From Myxococcota bacterium (GTDB lineage: Bacteria; Myxococcota_A; UBA796; UBA2385): a stretch of 64,000 bases of DNA. Shown piece after piece: positions 43,180-55,777 of the stretch; the first letter of the stretch is position 1, and every line of letters begins with the position of its first letter. The position numbers were made by a program, and so were the translations under genes. The notes under the pieces were generated by a model, which worked only from the letters and a program-made list of their open reading frames with translations, did no database searches and was not told where the DNA came from. The stretch is taken from assembly GCA_044344255.1 (NCBI GenBank), contig JBIJDH010000011.1, positions 160,001 to 224,000 of the forward strand, in the 5' to 3' direction.

Positions 43180-43493
43180 TCTCCCACCACGACCGGGACG
43201 CGCACCTCGTCTCCCTGCCGATCGGCGGCGAGCGCGATGAGCGCCGCACCGTGGGGGAGCTCGGGGTGGTCGGGCCGGGGCCGCAGCGGCGGCAGCGTGG
43301 CGGCCAGGGAGGCGCCGGTCGCGGCGTCAAAGAGGCGCTGACGGCCCTCTCCGGGGAGGAGCCCCACCCGGCTGAGCTGATCGATGTAGCCCACGATGCC
43401 CGCAAGATCAGCCACGAGGGCCTCTTCGCGGTCCGACTCCACCCGCAGCCGGGCGAGGCCGGCCACCTTGCGGAGCAGGGCGACGTCGATCAC
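43176..43493 (-). CDS. gatC: Amidotransferase subunit C
   Basis: VAGLARL..L..IV.YIDQL..V..RPD..VPVVV; coupled to gatA. Confidence 0.85.
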   Translation of the reverse strand: MIDVALLRKVAGLARLRVESDREEALVADLAGIVGYIDQLSRVGLLPGEGRQRLFDAATGASLAATLPPLRPRPDHPELPHGAALIALAADRQGDEVRVPVVVGE

Positions 43494-43497
43494 CGGC

Positions 43498-43818
43498 TCA
43501 CTTCCGCTTCGAAAAGCTGAACAGCTCGCCGAGGGTGGCGACGAAGCCGGACTGATCGGGGCCCGCGATCTTCTCGAGCTCGCCCGCGTCGAGCAGGACG
43601 GCGCCGCACGCAGGGCAGACCTCGATCTCCACCCCCTTGAAGAGCTGCGTGTCCATCTTGCTGCCGCACTTGCCGCAGTGGAGGTGGTGCAGGGCCTTGA
43701 GGGCCGCCTTCTCTTCCGCGACCTTCCTGGCCTCTTCAGCCGCTCGGATCTTGTTAATCTTCTCCTGCTCTTCCCGGAAGAAGTGCTGGTCCTCGAGATC
43801 TACACCCTTCGTGGTCAT
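43498..43818 (-). CDS. TFIIB-type zinc-ribbon protein
   Basis: E..FF.EE; CGKCG..M..IEVCPACGAVLLDAGELE. Confidence 0.8.
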   Translation of the reverse strand: MTTKGVDLEDQHFFREEQEKINKIRAAEEARKVAEEKAALKALHHLHCGKCGSKMDTQLFKGVEIEVCPACGAVLLDAGELEKIAGPDQSGFVATLGELFSFSKRK

Positions 43819-43847
43819 GTCGAGCCTCCTGGCAACGGACGACAGTT

Positions 43848-45221
43848 CTACCCGATGAGGCCGCGTGCGCGCCACTGGTCGAGGAAGGCGGAGCGAGCCG
43901 CGACCACGTCCGGGAACCGCACCGCGTGGCCCTGATCGCGGGCCAGCAAAGCGAGCTTGAGCAGGTGGTCGGGCGCAGCCCCGTAGAAGCACTCGTCGGG
44001 GACCTCATCCTCCGAGAAGGCGAAGCCCGGGAGGGCCACCGGTGGCCGAGGGGCGTTGTCGGCCATGGCGTCCAGGTCGAGGGCGAGGCCGATCGAATTC
44101 GCCGCCTGGAGGCGCTTGTTCCAAGGCTCGATGCCAAAGCGCTCACAGACGTACTTGATCCAGCTCGTGTGATCGTAGACGGTGTGGTCTACCCCCGCCT
44201 TGACGTAGGGGCCAATGAGCAGGGTGGGTACACGAAAGCCGAGCTGATCGAAGCCCTCTGCGGCGAGGTCGTCGTCGGTGGTGGGCGGCGCCACGTGATC
44301 GAAGAAGCCGCCGTGCTCATCGTAGAGGAGCACGATGAGGCACTTGTCCCAATAGGGAGAGGCGGCGAGGGTCTCGTAGATCCCGGCGATGAAGAGCTCA
44401 CCGAGGCCGACATGGTGCGGAGGGTGGTTGTCATTATACGCGAAGCCAGGGTCAATCCAGACGACAGACGGGAGGGTCCCCCCGCTGACATGACCGGCGA
44501 ATTCCTCCACCATAAACACCGTATCGTCGGTCCAATGGTCAGCCAACAAACCGATGAAGGGCAGGTCTGTATAATAATAACCCCAGGATACCCCAGCCTC
44601 CTCGAGAGCCTTCCACACGGAACGATTGGTGAACAGCGTGCCGGCCGGGAAGGAGTTGTCGATCTTGCCGTCGCTCGTCGCGAGGTGGGCCATCAGCCGA
44701 TTCGGCCAGGTGGGGCCCATGATCGAGCAGAACCAGCGGTCGCAGACGGTGTAGGCGTCGGCCAGGGCCCAGGTGATGGGCACGTCGTCACGGGTGAGGT
44801 ACTGCATCGCCCCATGCCCCGCATTGGGGGCGCCGCGAGCGCCGTACTCGATGACGAAGCCCTGGTTGGTGCCCTCGGAGAACTGCCGGTGCGAGGACTC
44901 CCAGCCGTGGGGAGGGTCGTAGATACAGACCTCGTCCGAGGCGTAGGGGGTGACGAGGGCCCCGGAGGCGTCTGGGTTGCTCATGTCGGCGGTGAGGCCG
45001 TCTTCGTCGGCCTTGCCCTCCGTGAGCTTCCTCGCCCCCAGGAAGTGATTGAAGGAGCGGTTCTCCATCATGATCACGATGACATGGTCAATGGAGCCGA
45101 CCTCCGCCGTCTCACCGCCCGCGGCCGCCGGGCCGCCCTTGGGCCGGCAGGCCGAGGCGGCGACAGCAGCGGTCACCTGGGCCCCCGCTTGTAGGGCAGC
45201 ACGTCGGGTGAAACGGGGCAT
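43848..45221 (-). CDS. Phosphoesterase / phospholipase C family, Tat-exported
   Basis: TRRAAL twin-Arg; HVIVIMMENRSFNH, GPTWPNR, YDEHGGFFDHV, GFRVP, DHTS. Confidence 0.92.
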   Translation of the reverse strand: MPRFTRRAALQAGAQVTAAVAASACRPKGGPAAAGGETAEVGSIDHVIVIMMENRSFNHFLGARKLTEGKADEDGLTADMSNPDASGALVTPYASDEVCIYDPPHGWESSHRQFSEGTNQGFVIEYGARGAPNAGHGAMQYLTRDDVPITWALADAYTVCDRWFCSIMGPTWPNRLMAHLATSDGKIDNSFPAGTLFTNRSVWKALEEAGVSWGYYYTDLPFIGLLADHWTDDTVFMVEEFAGHVSGGTLPSVVWIDPGFAYNDNHPPHHVGLGELFIAGIYETLAASPYWDKCLIVLLYDEHGGFFDHVAPPTTDDDLAAEGFDQLGFRVPTLLIGPYVKAGVDHTVYDHTSWIKYVCERFGIEPWNKRLQAANSIGLALDLDAMADNAPRPPVALPGFAFSEDEVPDECFYGAAPDHLLKLALLARDQGHAVRFPDVVAARSAFLDQWRARGLIG

Positions 45222-45278
45222 GGTCGCCTCCCAGTGGGGCGCGGAGGATATCCGCGCCGGACCGGAGAGTCGACCCGC

Positions 45279-45566
45279 TCAGCTCGCGACGACGCGGCGC
45301 CGAGCCTCCATGTGCTCGCGGACCAGCGGACCGGTCTCCAAAGTCTGGCCGTAGACCCCCGGCTCGTCGGTCAAGAGCAGCACACCCGAGCTCAGCCACT
45401 GGCCGAGGGTGGTCCAGCTCACGCCCAGGCGCTCGAGGTCAGCGGCGGCGATGGTGGGCATCACCACCCCCGCGGCGGCCGCGCCGCTCTCCGCCGAGCT
45501 GGCCCGCCCAGCCCTGGACTTCCGCGTAGATGATGCTTTCGCTGGTAACTTTTTAGCTGTGGTCAC
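45279..45566 (-). CDS. Small protein with possible MerR/excisionase-like HTH
   Basis: LERLGVSWTTLGQWLSSGVL resembles HTH_17; GTG start inferred. Confidence 0.45.
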   Translation of the reverse strand: MTTAKKLPAKASSTRKSRAGRASSAESGAAAAGVVMPTIAAADLERLGVSWTTLGQWLSSGVLLLTDEPGVYGQTLETGPLVREHMEARRRVVAS

Positions 45567-45745
45567 GTTCGGATCCAGGGTTCGGGTTGGCTCGTGTGGG
45601 GGTCGCAGGTGAGGGAGCGGGCGATTGGGCAGGGCTCTTGGAGCACGCCAGCGGGAGACTATTCCGAGGCGACGCGGGTGGGAATGGCGGCGCCGCATCG
45701 AGGGGGCCTGCCACTCTGATAGAGTTGAATCAAAGGTACATAAAT

Positions 45746-45775
45746 CACAGATATATCGAACACAGATATATCGAT
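45746..45775. repeat. AT-rich 15-bp direct repeat CACAGATATATCGAW x2
   Basis: Read directly; in an AT-rich intergenic patch. Confidence 0.75.
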
Positions 45776-45783
45776 CACCTACA

Positions 45784-46917
45784 TTAATCACAGAGACGGC
45801 TGCCCACTCGCCCGAGGCTCTCGAGGTCGTGCACCTCGGTCTCGAGCCGCGGGACGCTCCACAGGGTCTGGTCGCGGCGGAGCAGCCGGGAGAGCGGCAC
45901 CACGAGGCCCTCCTCGATGATCGCCAGCTCCCGGAGCCGGCGGTGGGCCGAGCCCAGGCGCGCGAGGAGCCGGGCGTCGGTCTGCGCGGGGAGGCCCCCG
46001 GCGGCGGAGGCGACGAAGGGGCCGAGCTCGGCGGAGGCGTCGGCGGGGAGGCCCTTGACGACGTGCCGCTGGTTGACGATGAGGCCGGGGTTGTTCATCT
46101 TGCGCCCGCGCAGCTCATCGAGAAAGAAGCGGGCGACCTCAATGGAGGGCTCGTTCGGCGCACAGACGATGACGAAGGCGGTCCGGTGGTCGTGGAAGAG
46201 CTTGACCACCGCCTCGTGGCGCTCGCGAAACCCATCGTAGAGGTCTCGAAAGGCGACGAAGAACTCTGTGAGTTCGCGGAGGAACTCCTCTCCGAATATG
46301 TACGAGAGCAGCTTCATCACGACGGAGCTCGTCCCCGCGAGGATGCGCCCGAGCATCCGGGACTCCTGCGGCGGGGAGTCGAGGAACCACTTCATCACCT
46401 TCTTGTCGAGGAAGCGGGCGAGGCGACCCGGGCTCTCGAGGAAGTCGAGGGCGTTCTTCACCGGCGGGGTGTCGAGGATGACGAGATCATAGCGGCCGGA
46501 GAGCACGACGTCGTGCAGCTTCTCGGTCGCCATGTAGTCCTGGGACCCCGCGATGTTGTCGGCGATGGCCCGGTAGATACGATTGGTGAGGATGCCGTCG
46601 CGGGTGCCAGGGTCCGGCGCCAGCCGCCCGATGAGATCGTCGAAGGTCTTTCGATTGTCGAGCATCATCGCCCACAGCTCGCCCTTGGCATCGGGGAGGG
46701 CGCTGAGGTCGATCCGAGACTCATCGTTGCCGAAGCGCTTGAGGCCGAGCGAATTCGCCAGTCTACGGGCGGGGTCGATCGTGAGGACGAGCACCCGCTT
46801 GCCGTCACGGGCGGCGCGCAGGCCGAGCGCCGCGCTGGTGGTGGTCTTGCCGACGCCGCCGGAGCCGACGCAGATGACGAGCTTGCTCGACTGGAGGAGC
46901 GTTCCGAGGCTGTTCAT
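45784..46917 (-). CDS. ArsA/Get3-family ATPase
   Basis: GSGGVGKTT, TIDPARRLANSLG, ILDTPP. Confidence 0.92.
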   Translation of the reverse strand: MNSLGTLLQSSKLVICVGSGGVGKTTTSAALGLRAARDGKRVLVLTIDPARRLANSLGLKRFGNDESRIDLSALPDAKGELWAMMLDNRKTFDDLIGRLAPDPGTRDGILTNRIYRAIADNIAGSQDYMATEKLHDVVLSGRYDLVILDTPPVKNALDFLESPGRLARFLDKKVMKWFLDSPPQESRMLGRILAGTSSVVMKLLSYIFGEEFLRELTEFFVAFRDLYDGFRERHEAVVKLFHDHRTAFVIVCAPNEPSIEVARFFLDELRGRKMNNPGLIVNQRHVVKGLPADASAELGPFVASAAGGLPAQTDARLLARLGSAHRRLRELAIIEEGLVVPLSRLLRRDQTLWSVPRLETEVHDLESLGRVGSRLCD

Positions 46918-47864
46918 GCGCGGGACTCCGCCAGCTCCTGGCGGGCCAGGGCGGCTGCAAGCTGCCGGACCACCTGCGCAGGGCCGCCTTCGAAGCCGCC
47001 GAGCGAGCCGAGCCGGGGGAAGGAGACCACCTCGGCGCCTTGGATCTCCAGCTTGAGCCGAGACAGGGCCTCGGCGGTGGAGGCCTCGAGCCCCGCCTCC
47101 CAGCGGCCGGCCTGGAGCAGCTCCCGAGCCAGCGGACGATCGGCGGGGGTCGCGGCCTCGAGGCGCTCCAACAGCTCCCGCTCCGACTCCGTCAGGGTGG
47201 GGATGGCGGCGCGGTTGAGCACCACGAGGGGGGTGCGGAGCTCCGGGACCTCGACGTGCAGCTTCTCCCAGAGCTCGACCATCTCGTTGACCACCATCTC
47301 TTCGGGGAGACCGACGATGAGCAGGGCGGTGCGGTCACTGCCGAAGAGGGAGAGCACGGCGCGGCTGCGCTGGCCGACCGGCCCCGAGCCCATCAGGTTC
47401 ACCGCCACGTGGGGGACGCGGAGGATGCTGACGGCATGACCGCTGGCCGGCATGTCGACGATGACCTGGTCGTACTGCTCGGTGAGGGTCAGGATGCGCG
47501 AGAGCACCATCGTCTCGCGGGCGCCGGGCGTGGCGTCGAGGAAGGTCTGCACCGTCTTGTTCCCGAGGATCATGCGCACGATGCGCTGAGCGGGGACGGT
47601 GGACTCCAGCCACTCGATCAGGGCCTCCTTCCAGGTCACGTTGCAGATGTCGAGGTTCGGCGCCACCGTGATCGGCTGGTAGCCGGGGGTGCGGCCGAAG
47701 GGCCCGGTGAGGGCGGACTGGAAGTTGTCCACCTCCACCACGATCACGCGCCGGCCCCGCTCGGCCTGGAGCCGCCCGATGGCGGCCGCCAGGGTCGTCT
47801 TTCCAGTGCCCCCCTTGCCCGTGATGAGCAGGAGTTTCCGGCCAAAGAGGTCGTGCAAGCTCAC
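46914..47864 (-). CDS. ArsA/Get3-family ATPase (partner subunit)
   Basis: TGKGGTGKTT, PG..E, VDMPASGH, LPEEMVVNE. Confidence 0.9.
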   Translation of the reverse strand: MSLHDLFGRKLLLITGKGGTGKTTLAAAIGRLQAERGRRVIVVEVDNFQSALTGPFGRTPGYQPITVAPNLDICNVTWKEALIEWLESTVPAQRIVRMILGNKTVQTFLDATPGARETMVLSRILTLTEQYDQVIVDMPASGHAVSILRVPHVAVNLMGSGPVGQRSRAVLSLFGSDRTALLIVGLPEEMVVNEMVELWEKLHVEVPELRTPLVVLNRAAIPTLTESERELLERLEAATPADRPLARELLQAGRWEAGLEASTAEALSRLKLEIQGAEVVSFPRLGSLGGFEGGPAQVVRQLAAALARQELAESRA

Positions 47865-47911
47865 GGGTGACCGGGGGAAAAGGGGGGGAGGGCGGCGAGC
47901 GAAGGCGGGCG

Positions 47912-50590
<2,679 letters not shown>

Positions 50591-51703
50591 TTAGCCTGTC
50601 CGCACGCTCCCTTCCACCACCTGCCAGCGCGTGGTCTCGCCGGTGGGCAGCGGGCCGAGCCAGCCCGGCTCGGTGGTGGTGATCCAGACCTGGTTGTCGA
50701 AGGAGCCGAGCAGCTCGACGAGGCGCGCCATCCGACCCCGGTCGAGCTCGCTCGTGAGGTCGTCGAGGAGGAAGAGCGGGGGCTCATCTCCGCGGTCGGC
50801 GGCCGCTCGGATCTCGGCCAGCTTGAGCGCGAGGACGAGGCTCCGCACCTGGCCCTGGGAGGCGAAGCTGCGGGCCAGCCGCCCCTCGACGCGGATGTCG
50901 AGGTCATCCTTGTGGGGGCCGACGAGGGCGAGGCCCCGCCGGCGCTCCTCCCCGCCGGCGCTGGCGAGGGCGCGCTCGAGGTGGAGCGGGAGGCGGTCGG
51001 GGTCCTCCACGCCCACCCCGCGGAGGACGAGCTCGACCGGCGCCCGCCCGCCGCCGATGGCGCGGTGGAGCTCGACGACGTGGGCCCGCAGCTCCTCGAC
51101 CACCCGCAGGCGCCGCAGCGTGAGGCGGGCGCCGAGCTCGACCAGCCGCTGGTTCCAGGTGGCGAGCTCGATGGGATCGACCCGCCCGCCCCGCAGCAGC
51201 GCCCCCTTCTGAGAGAGCACCCGCTGGTAGTCCCGGACGAGCTCGAGGTGGCTGGGATCGGCCGTGAAGGCGGCCCGGTCGAGGAAGCTCCGCCGCTCGG
51301 CGGGCTCACCGCGGATGATCCGCGCGTGGTCCGGCGAGAAGATGACCGCGCGCAGGACAGCGAACCAGTCGCGCAGCCGGCGGACCGGGGCCTGGTCGAG
51401 CGACAAGGAGCGCTTCTCCCCCTTGCGGCGCCACTCGAGCTGGCGGGTGCCGCCCATGCCGCGCACCTCCGCGCGTAGGACAGCCTCACCCGGCTGGCGA
51501 CCGACGCCGGAGCCCTGGCGGATGAGGCGGGCCGTCCGCGCCTCCCGGAAGCTGCGGAGCGTGGCCAGCATGCCCACGGCCTCGAGGAGGTTGGTCTTGC
51601 CCTGGGCGTTGTCGCCGTGCAGCACGACAAAGCGGGTGAAGGCCTCCAGGCGGGCCTGACGCAGGTTTCGCCAGTCCACGGCCTCCAGCGTGACGAGCCG
51701 CAC
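50591..51703 (-). CDS. recF: DNA replication/repair protein RecF
   Basis: G.NAQGKTNLLEA, RRSFLD, GPHKDD, SQGQ, LLDDLTSELD. Confidence 0.96.
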   Translation of the reverse strand: MRLVTLEAVDWRNLRQARLEAFTRFVVLHGDNAQGKTNLLEAVGMLATLRSFREARTARLIRQGSGVGRQPGEAVLRAEVRGMGGTRQLEWRRKGEKRSLSLDQAPVRRLRDWFAVLRAVIFSPDHARIIRGEPAERRSFLDRAAFTADPSHLELVRDYQRVLSQKGALLRGGRVDPIELATWNQRLVELGARLTLRRLRVVEELRAHVVELHRAIGGGRAPVELVLRGVGVEDPDRLPLHLERALASAGGEERRRGLALVGPHKDDLDIRVEGRLARSFASQGQVRSLVLALKLAEIRAAADRGDEPPLFLLDDLTSELDRGRMARLVELLGSFDNQVWITTTEPGWLGPLPTGETTRWQVVEGSVRTG

Positions 51704-51723
51704 GCTCGAACCCCCTCCGGCGC

Positions 51724-52839
51724 TCAGTCCAGGCGCATCGGCATGACGACGAAGAGGCAGTCATCGCGGCCCGGCAGGCGGACGATGCAGGGGTCCAAGG
51801 TGTCGCCGAGGTCGAGCGAGATGCGGTCGCCGCGGGTGTTTGAGAGGATGTCCTGGAAATACTTGACGTTGAAGCCCGTGAGCAGGGGAGTGCCCTGCAC
51901 ATCGGCCTCGACCTCGGCCCGCACGTCCCCGGCCTCGACGTTGGCGGCGGAGAGCACGACACGGTCGCTCTCGAAGGAGAAGCGCACGAGGTGGTTGCGG
52001 TCGGACGCCATGATCACCACGTTGCGCAGCGCCTTGTCGAAGGCGTCGCGGTTCATCTCCACGTGGCGCTTGAAGCTCTGGGGCAGGACCTGGCGGTAGT
52101 CGGGGAATTCCCCCTCGACGAGGCGCACGATGAGCGTGAGGCCCGGCGTGCTCACCACCGCGGAGCGATCGCCGAAGGCGACGGTCCAGAGGGAGTCATC
52201 GGCCTCCACCATCTTGCGGATCTCGCCCAGCGCCTTCTTCGGGAGCAGCATCTTGCGGCCCATGCCGAACTGCCCCTCGTAGGGGGTCTCCGAGTAGGAG
52301 AGGCGGCTGCCGTCGGTGGTGACGAGGCGCAGCGTGTTGCCGGCCTTGCCTCCGACCTCCTCGAAGTGGGCGCCGTTCAACCCGTAGCGGTTCTCGTCGC
52401 CGCTCACGGAGAACAGGGTCTCCTCGATGATCCGACGGAGGCCCCGACCTTGGATCTGGAGCTTCGCCTTATCGTTTTGCGTAGGCAGCGGCGGGAACTC
52501 GTCGGGAGAGCCGGCGAGGATGTTGAACTCGGCCGTGCCCGACCGCACCGAGAGGCGGTTGCCGCTGTTGGTGCGGAGGTGCACCACCTCGCCGTTCAGG
52601 GCCTTTGAGACCTGGAAGAGCGTGGCGGCGTCGACGGACAGCTCACCCGGCCCCGCGACCTGGGCGGGGTAGTCGGCGACGAGGGTGAGCAGCGTGTCGG
52701 TGGCGGTGAGCCGCAGCCGCTCGCCAGAGGCCTCGAGCAGCACATGGGCGAGGGCGGGGTTGGTGGTCCGGCGCTCGATGATGCCTTGAACCCGCTGCAG
52801 CCCGCGCGTGAGCTCTTCCCGACCGATCGTCACATCCAT
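51724..52839 (-). CDS. dnaN: DNA polymerase III beta clamp
   Basis: L.ATD, FP.LP, TDG.RL, RLVEGEFPDY, GFNVKY, VVMPMRL. Confidence 0.97.
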   Translation of the reverse strand: MDVTIGREELTRGLQRVQGIIERRTTNPALAHVLLEASGERLRLTATDTLLTLVADYPAQVAGPGELSVDAATLFQVSKALNGEVVHLRTNSGNRLSVRSGTAEFNILAGSPDEFPPLPTQNDKAKLQIQGRGLRRIIEETLFSVSGDENRYGLNGAHFEEVGGKAGNTLRLVTTDGSRLSYSETPYEGQFGMGRKMLLPKKALGEIRKMVEADDSLWTVAFGDRSAVVSTPGLTLIVRLVEGEFPDYRQVLPQSFKRHVEMNRDAFDKALRNVVIMASDRNHLVRFSFESDRVVLSAANVEAGDVRAEVEADVQGTPLLTGFNVKYFQDILSNTRGDRISLDLGDTLDPCIVRLPGRDDCLFVVMPMRLD

Positions 52840-53049
52840 GGGGCCTCTCCCTGCCTTCTCGAAAGCCAGACCAAGGGGAGCCGGCTCCGAGGAAGCCAAG
52901 CCACGGTCTGATTGGGGCGCCCCGTATCCAACCGCGCCGCTCGGCGGGAGGACAAGGTCACGCTTCGCTCGCGCTCCCTCCGAAGCCCACCCGCAGGACC
53001 GACGGACCCCGACCTCGCTCGCACTCGCGCAGACACCTCGACGAGCACG

Positions 53050-53316
53050 AAGAAAAAATTCAGGGTCAGTTTAGATCCGTCGATCGATCCATAGGGGGCT
53101 GTTGACGGTGTGGACAACTCGGCGCAGGTTGGTTGAAGGCCAACTTTTTCTTGTGTTCCTTGTGGAACGCGCTGTGCGGGGAGGGCTGGTGACCGCCGTC
53201 TTCCTGGGGAAGACCCGGGGCTGAGACCTGCGACGCCGAGATGTTCACCGGTGGTCCACAGCCGCCTGCACAGCCATCCGTGGTTTGTGCACAGCTTTGT
53301 CAACAGGTATGGATCA
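53050..53316. other. Putative chromosomal replication origin (oriC)
   Basis: TGTGGACAA 53109-53117; one-mismatch boxes TGGTCCACA 53252, TTGTGCACA 53285, TTGTCAACA 53297; AT-rich patches; upstream of dnaN; gene-strand bias flips here. Confidence 0.7.
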
Positions 53317-54042
53317 CTTCTGCTTGTCAGCCTCAGCCTTGGCTTTTGCGGCCTTGGCCTCCGCGGCTGCCTTGGAGCCAGGCGTCACGGAGATCCCGAA
53401 TTCCCATCGTGCAAAGCCGCCATCTCCGTCATCGGCCACCACCTTCACCCGATAGTCGCCGCCCTTCTCATCCTCCGAGCCCTTGTAGTGGAGGATCCCT
53501 TGTTTGGGATCGACCGTCATCCCGCCAGGGGCCCCTTCGAGGCGGAAGGTGATCACGTCGTGATCGGGATCCTCAGCCTCAAGGCGCAGTCCGTCGATCG
53601 CGGCGGCGGCGCGGCTTGGGTCCGTGGTGAAACGGGGGGCGGAGTTCTCGAGGAGGAAGGGCTCGCTCTCCCTCTCCGTCGTGCCCTCCGCGTCGCTGGC
53701 CTTGACCAGGACGGCGATCTTGTCGCCCTTCTCGAAGTCTGAGCCGCGCACGCGGTCGTCGGTGCGGTTCAACAGGCGCTCGCCGTTGCGGATCCAGACA
53801 TAGTCGAGGTCGACCACGTCCTGGTCGGGATCGGAGGCCTTGGCGATCACCTCGATGTCGTCCTTCACCGTGGGGCGCGCGGGCTTGAAGGTGATGCTGT
53901 TGACCTGGGGCGGCTTGTTGGTAGGCCCCCGGACCACCGCGACGGGCTCTGGCTCAGCCTCAACGGCGGGTGGTGGGGGCGGCGGGGAGACCGGCACGGG
54001 ATCGGAGCCGCAGGCGAGCAGGCTGAGGAGCGCGAGGAGCAT
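53314..54042 (-). CDS. Lipoprotein with Ig/cadherin-like domains
   Basis: Lipobox LLAC, Pro-rich linker, N.PP, DPD.D, APGGMTVDP..G. Confidence 0.8.
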   Translation of the reverse strand: MLLALLSLLACGSDPVPVSPPPPPPAVEAEPEPVAVVRGPTNKPPQVNSITFKPARPTVKDDIEVIAKASDPDQDVVDLDYVWIRNGERLLNRTDDRVRGSDFEKGDKIAVLVKASDAEGTTERESEPFLLENSAPRFTTDPSRAAAAIDGLRLEAEDPDHDVITFRLEGAPGGMTVDPKQGILHYKGSEDEKGGDYRVKVVADDGDGGFARWEFGISVTPGSKAAAEAKAAKAKAEADKQK

Positions 54043-54266
54043 GGGGGCCTCGGTGGTAGGCGAACGCTGGGGGGGGGCGTGATGGGGGGCACGACGCCGG
54101 GGGGGCGCGACGTCGGGGGCGGCACGGTCTGGCGATGGCGTCGAAATTACCTGAGGCGATCGTCCCGTGGGGCGCCCGGGCCGCGCTCGGCGAACGACCC
54201 CAGACCGGGGTATCGGGCCGCGTCCCCCCCTGTGTTGGCCCCTCTCGCTCCGGTCGAGGCGATCCC

Positions 54267-55169
54267 GTGCGAATCTCCCTCGAAGAGGCCGTGGTCCGGC
54301 TGTCTCGCGCTGAGCTCGTCGCCTTCCCCACCGAGACGGTCTACGGCCTCGGCGCCGACGCTGCGGACCCCATCGCCCTGAGGCGGGTCTTCGCGACCAA
54401 GGGCCGTCCGGTCGATCACCCGCTCATCGTGCACGTCAACAGCCTGGAGGCCGCCGAGCGCCTCGGCGTCTTTGATGCGCGGGCCCGCGTGCTCGCGCGG
54501 CGCTTCTGGCCGGGGCCCCTCACGCTCGTCCTGCCGCGGCGCTCCGGGGTGCCCGACGAGGTGACCGGGGGCCTCGACACCGTCGGCCTCCGCATCCCGG
54601 CGCACCCGCTGGCCCTCGGCCTCCTCGCCGCCTTCCCCAGCGGCCTCGCCGCTCCCTCGGCCAACCGCTTCGGCCGGACGAGCCCCACCACCGCGACGCA
54701 CGTCGAGGAGGAGCTCGGCCTGGGCTTCCCGATCCTGGACGGCGGCCCCTGCGCGGTCGGCGTGGAGAGCACTATCGTCGAGCTGCCTGCGGACGGGGCC
54801 GCCCCCGCCCTGCTGCGCCCGGGCGGCCTGCCCACGGAGGTGATCGTCACGCTGATTGGCCCCCTCGGGCGCTCGGTGACCCGCGCTCCAGGGACGCTGA
54901 CCGCCCATTATGCCCCTCGAACCTCACTCCTCATCGCGGAAGACCCCGAAGCCCGGGCGGCGGAGCTCCGCGATCGGGGGCTCCGGGTGGCGCTGCTGCC
55001 CGCGGGGGAGCCCGCGGAGCACGCCCGGCGGCTCTTCGCGGAGCTGCGGGCCCTCGATCAGCTCGGCGTGGACGTCCTGGTCGCGGGGCTCGCGGTGGAG
55101 GCGGGGCTCGGGGTGGCGGTCAATGATCGTCTGCGTCGCGCCGCCGCGGGGAGCCCCCTTCGCGGCTGA
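54267..55169 (+). CDS. sua5: L-threonylcarbamoyladenylate synthase (Sua5/TsaC)
   Basis: AFPTETVYGLGA, KGRP..HPLIVH, WPGPLT, APSAN, GVESTI, APG....HYAP. Confidence 0.95.
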   Translation: MRISLEEAVVRLSRAELVAFPTETVYGLGADAADPIALRRVFATKGRPVDHPLIVHVNSLEAAERLGVFDARARVLARRFWPGPLTLVLPRRSGVPDEVTGGLDTVGLRIPAHPLALGLLAAFPSGLAAPSANRFGRTSPTTATHVEEELGLGFPILDGGPCAVGVESTIVELPADGAAPALLRPGGLPTEVIVTLIGPLGRSVTRAPGTLTAHYAPRTSLLIAEDPEARAAELRDRGLRVALLPAGEPAEHARRLFAELRALDQLGVDVLVAGLAVEAGLGVAVNDRLRRAAAGSPLRG

Positions 55170-55357
55170 GTGGCCAAGGGTACGGAGCTTGTTCCGTGTT
55201 CCTTCGGCGGAGATCTGCGAATTGTCAGCCCCTGGTCGGCGCTGTGGGTCGTGCGCCGCGTACCTCGCTGGACTTCCAGATGATGATTCGGTTAGGGCCC
55301 GCACGTCTCGCGATCTTCGCGATCCAACCCTGCGGAAGATCCCCGGAGTCGGTCGTC

Positions 55358-55777
55358 ATGCGTATGCTCATCAGCTCACTTGTGCTCCTCGCTGCCGTCG
55401 CTTGCGGCGGCTCCACCCCAGAGAAGCCGGCCGCTCCCGCTGCCCCCGCTGCCCCCGCCGCCCCTGTGGCCCCGGTCGCGACGGCCCCCGCCGCTCCGGC
55501 TGCCCCCGCCGCCGGCCCGGCCGACGGCGAGACCATCTACAAGACCTACTGCCTCCCCTGCCACGGCGCCGACGGCAAGGGCAACAACGGCCTCGCCGCC
55601 AACTACGTGGACGACAAGACCCGCCTCGCCCAGCCCGATGAGGTGCTGATCGCCAGCATCAAGAACGGCAAGACGGGCACGGTGGGCACCATGCCCCCCT
55701 GGGGCGGCACGCTCAGCGACGCGCAGATTACGGCGGTGCTCGGCTACGTCCGCACCTCCTTCGGCGCGCCCAAGTAG
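55358..55777 (+). CDS. Monoheme cytochrome c lipoprotein
   Basis: Lipobox AVAC, PA-rich linker, CLPCH heme motif, MPPW axial Met. Confidence 0.92.
   Translation: MRMLISSLVLLAAVACGGSTPEKPAAPAAPAAPAAPVAPVATAPAAPAAPAAGPADGETIYKTYCLPCHGADGKGNNGLAANYVDDKTRLAQPDEVLIASIKNGKTGTVGTMPPWGGTLSDAQITAVLGYVRTSFGAPK

Noticed and set aside
41722..43493. gatCA without gatB as an anomaly, or as a partner of the tRNA-dependent LanB
   Set aside because: Split gatCA/gatB arrangements are common, and nothing in the sequence links them to the RiPP island.
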